DNA of 64,000 nt from Fimbriosthenelais zetlandica (lineage: Eukaryota). Positions 63,534 to 64,000 of this stretch are shown piece by piece. The notes under the pieces are model-generated. The model saw nothing but the letters and a program-made list of their open reading frames with translations, searched no databases and was not told the DNA's origin. The stretch lies in contig OZ365111.1 in assembly GCA_977030845.1 (NCBI GenBank), positions 39,494,001 to 39,558,000 of the forward strand. Direction: 5' to 3'. The translations under genes were made by a program, and so were the position numbers. Position 1 is the stretch's first letter, and the number at the start of each line of letters is the position of its first letter.

Positions 63534-64000
63534 AGCAGCAATAACCTCTTTCAGTCCTTTGATGGATAGCATATAAGGTAGACCTATGGTACGGAACCAA
63601 GCTCAAAATATTGTACCTTGACTGCAGCAAAATGTGCTGACAGGGCCTGTATAGTCTAGGACATGGCCATTATAGATGCTGAGTGGACAGTCTTGTTGTT
63701 CCAAGCACCAGGTGATGAAAAGCTTCTCCCTTGGTGAATGATAGAGGTACACATATACCCTGTGGCTGACAGCCGCTCCCTGACCACACCCACGTAAACA
63801 CTCCATGATATATGGCCTGCAATATCCCCTCTCACCGCCCCTTATCAAACACCCAATCTCCATCTCCTGACCATCAAGCCATCCTCTCTCCTCCCGAGCC
63901 TTCTGTTGTTTTGGTTCAGCCTGATGATTCCAGCCTTTTAATTATTATCAATCCGATAACATCAATGCACGTAGGCCTATATTCAGTTCGAAAATACGGA

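Overview
Eukaryotic, AT-rich genomic DNA; the repeat content and protein sequence are consistent with an invertebrate deuterostome such as an echinoderm (inference only). I can support one protein-coding gene: a two-exon NK2.2/Nkx2-2 homeobox gene on the minus strand (CDS 38337-38115 joined to 36441-35471, 397 aa). It has a TN/eh1 motif, a Tyr54 NK2 homeodomain, an NK2-specific domain and an unusually Met/Gly/Ser/Asn-rich tail. A candidate promoter lies near 38.7-39.0 kb and a clean poly(A) site near 33.8 kb. The rest is a gene-poor landscape of motif-dense candidate enhancer blocks, microsatellites and mobile DNA. The mobile DNA comprises a 1037-bp non-autonomous TIR element with TA flanks, four copies of a tiny (up to 72 bp) TIR element, and several heavily decayed segments in the left 18 kb. 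By eye, those segments read like DIRS1-type (tyrosine recombinase) retrotransposon RT, RNase H and YR domains. The least explained signal is the palindrome TAGGCCTA (22 exact copies, roughly 25-fold above a simple base-composition expectation), sometimes joined to TACATGTA. I found no evidence of a clearly novel multi-gene system. All TE-relic and enhancer calls are manual pattern matches that need computational confirmation.
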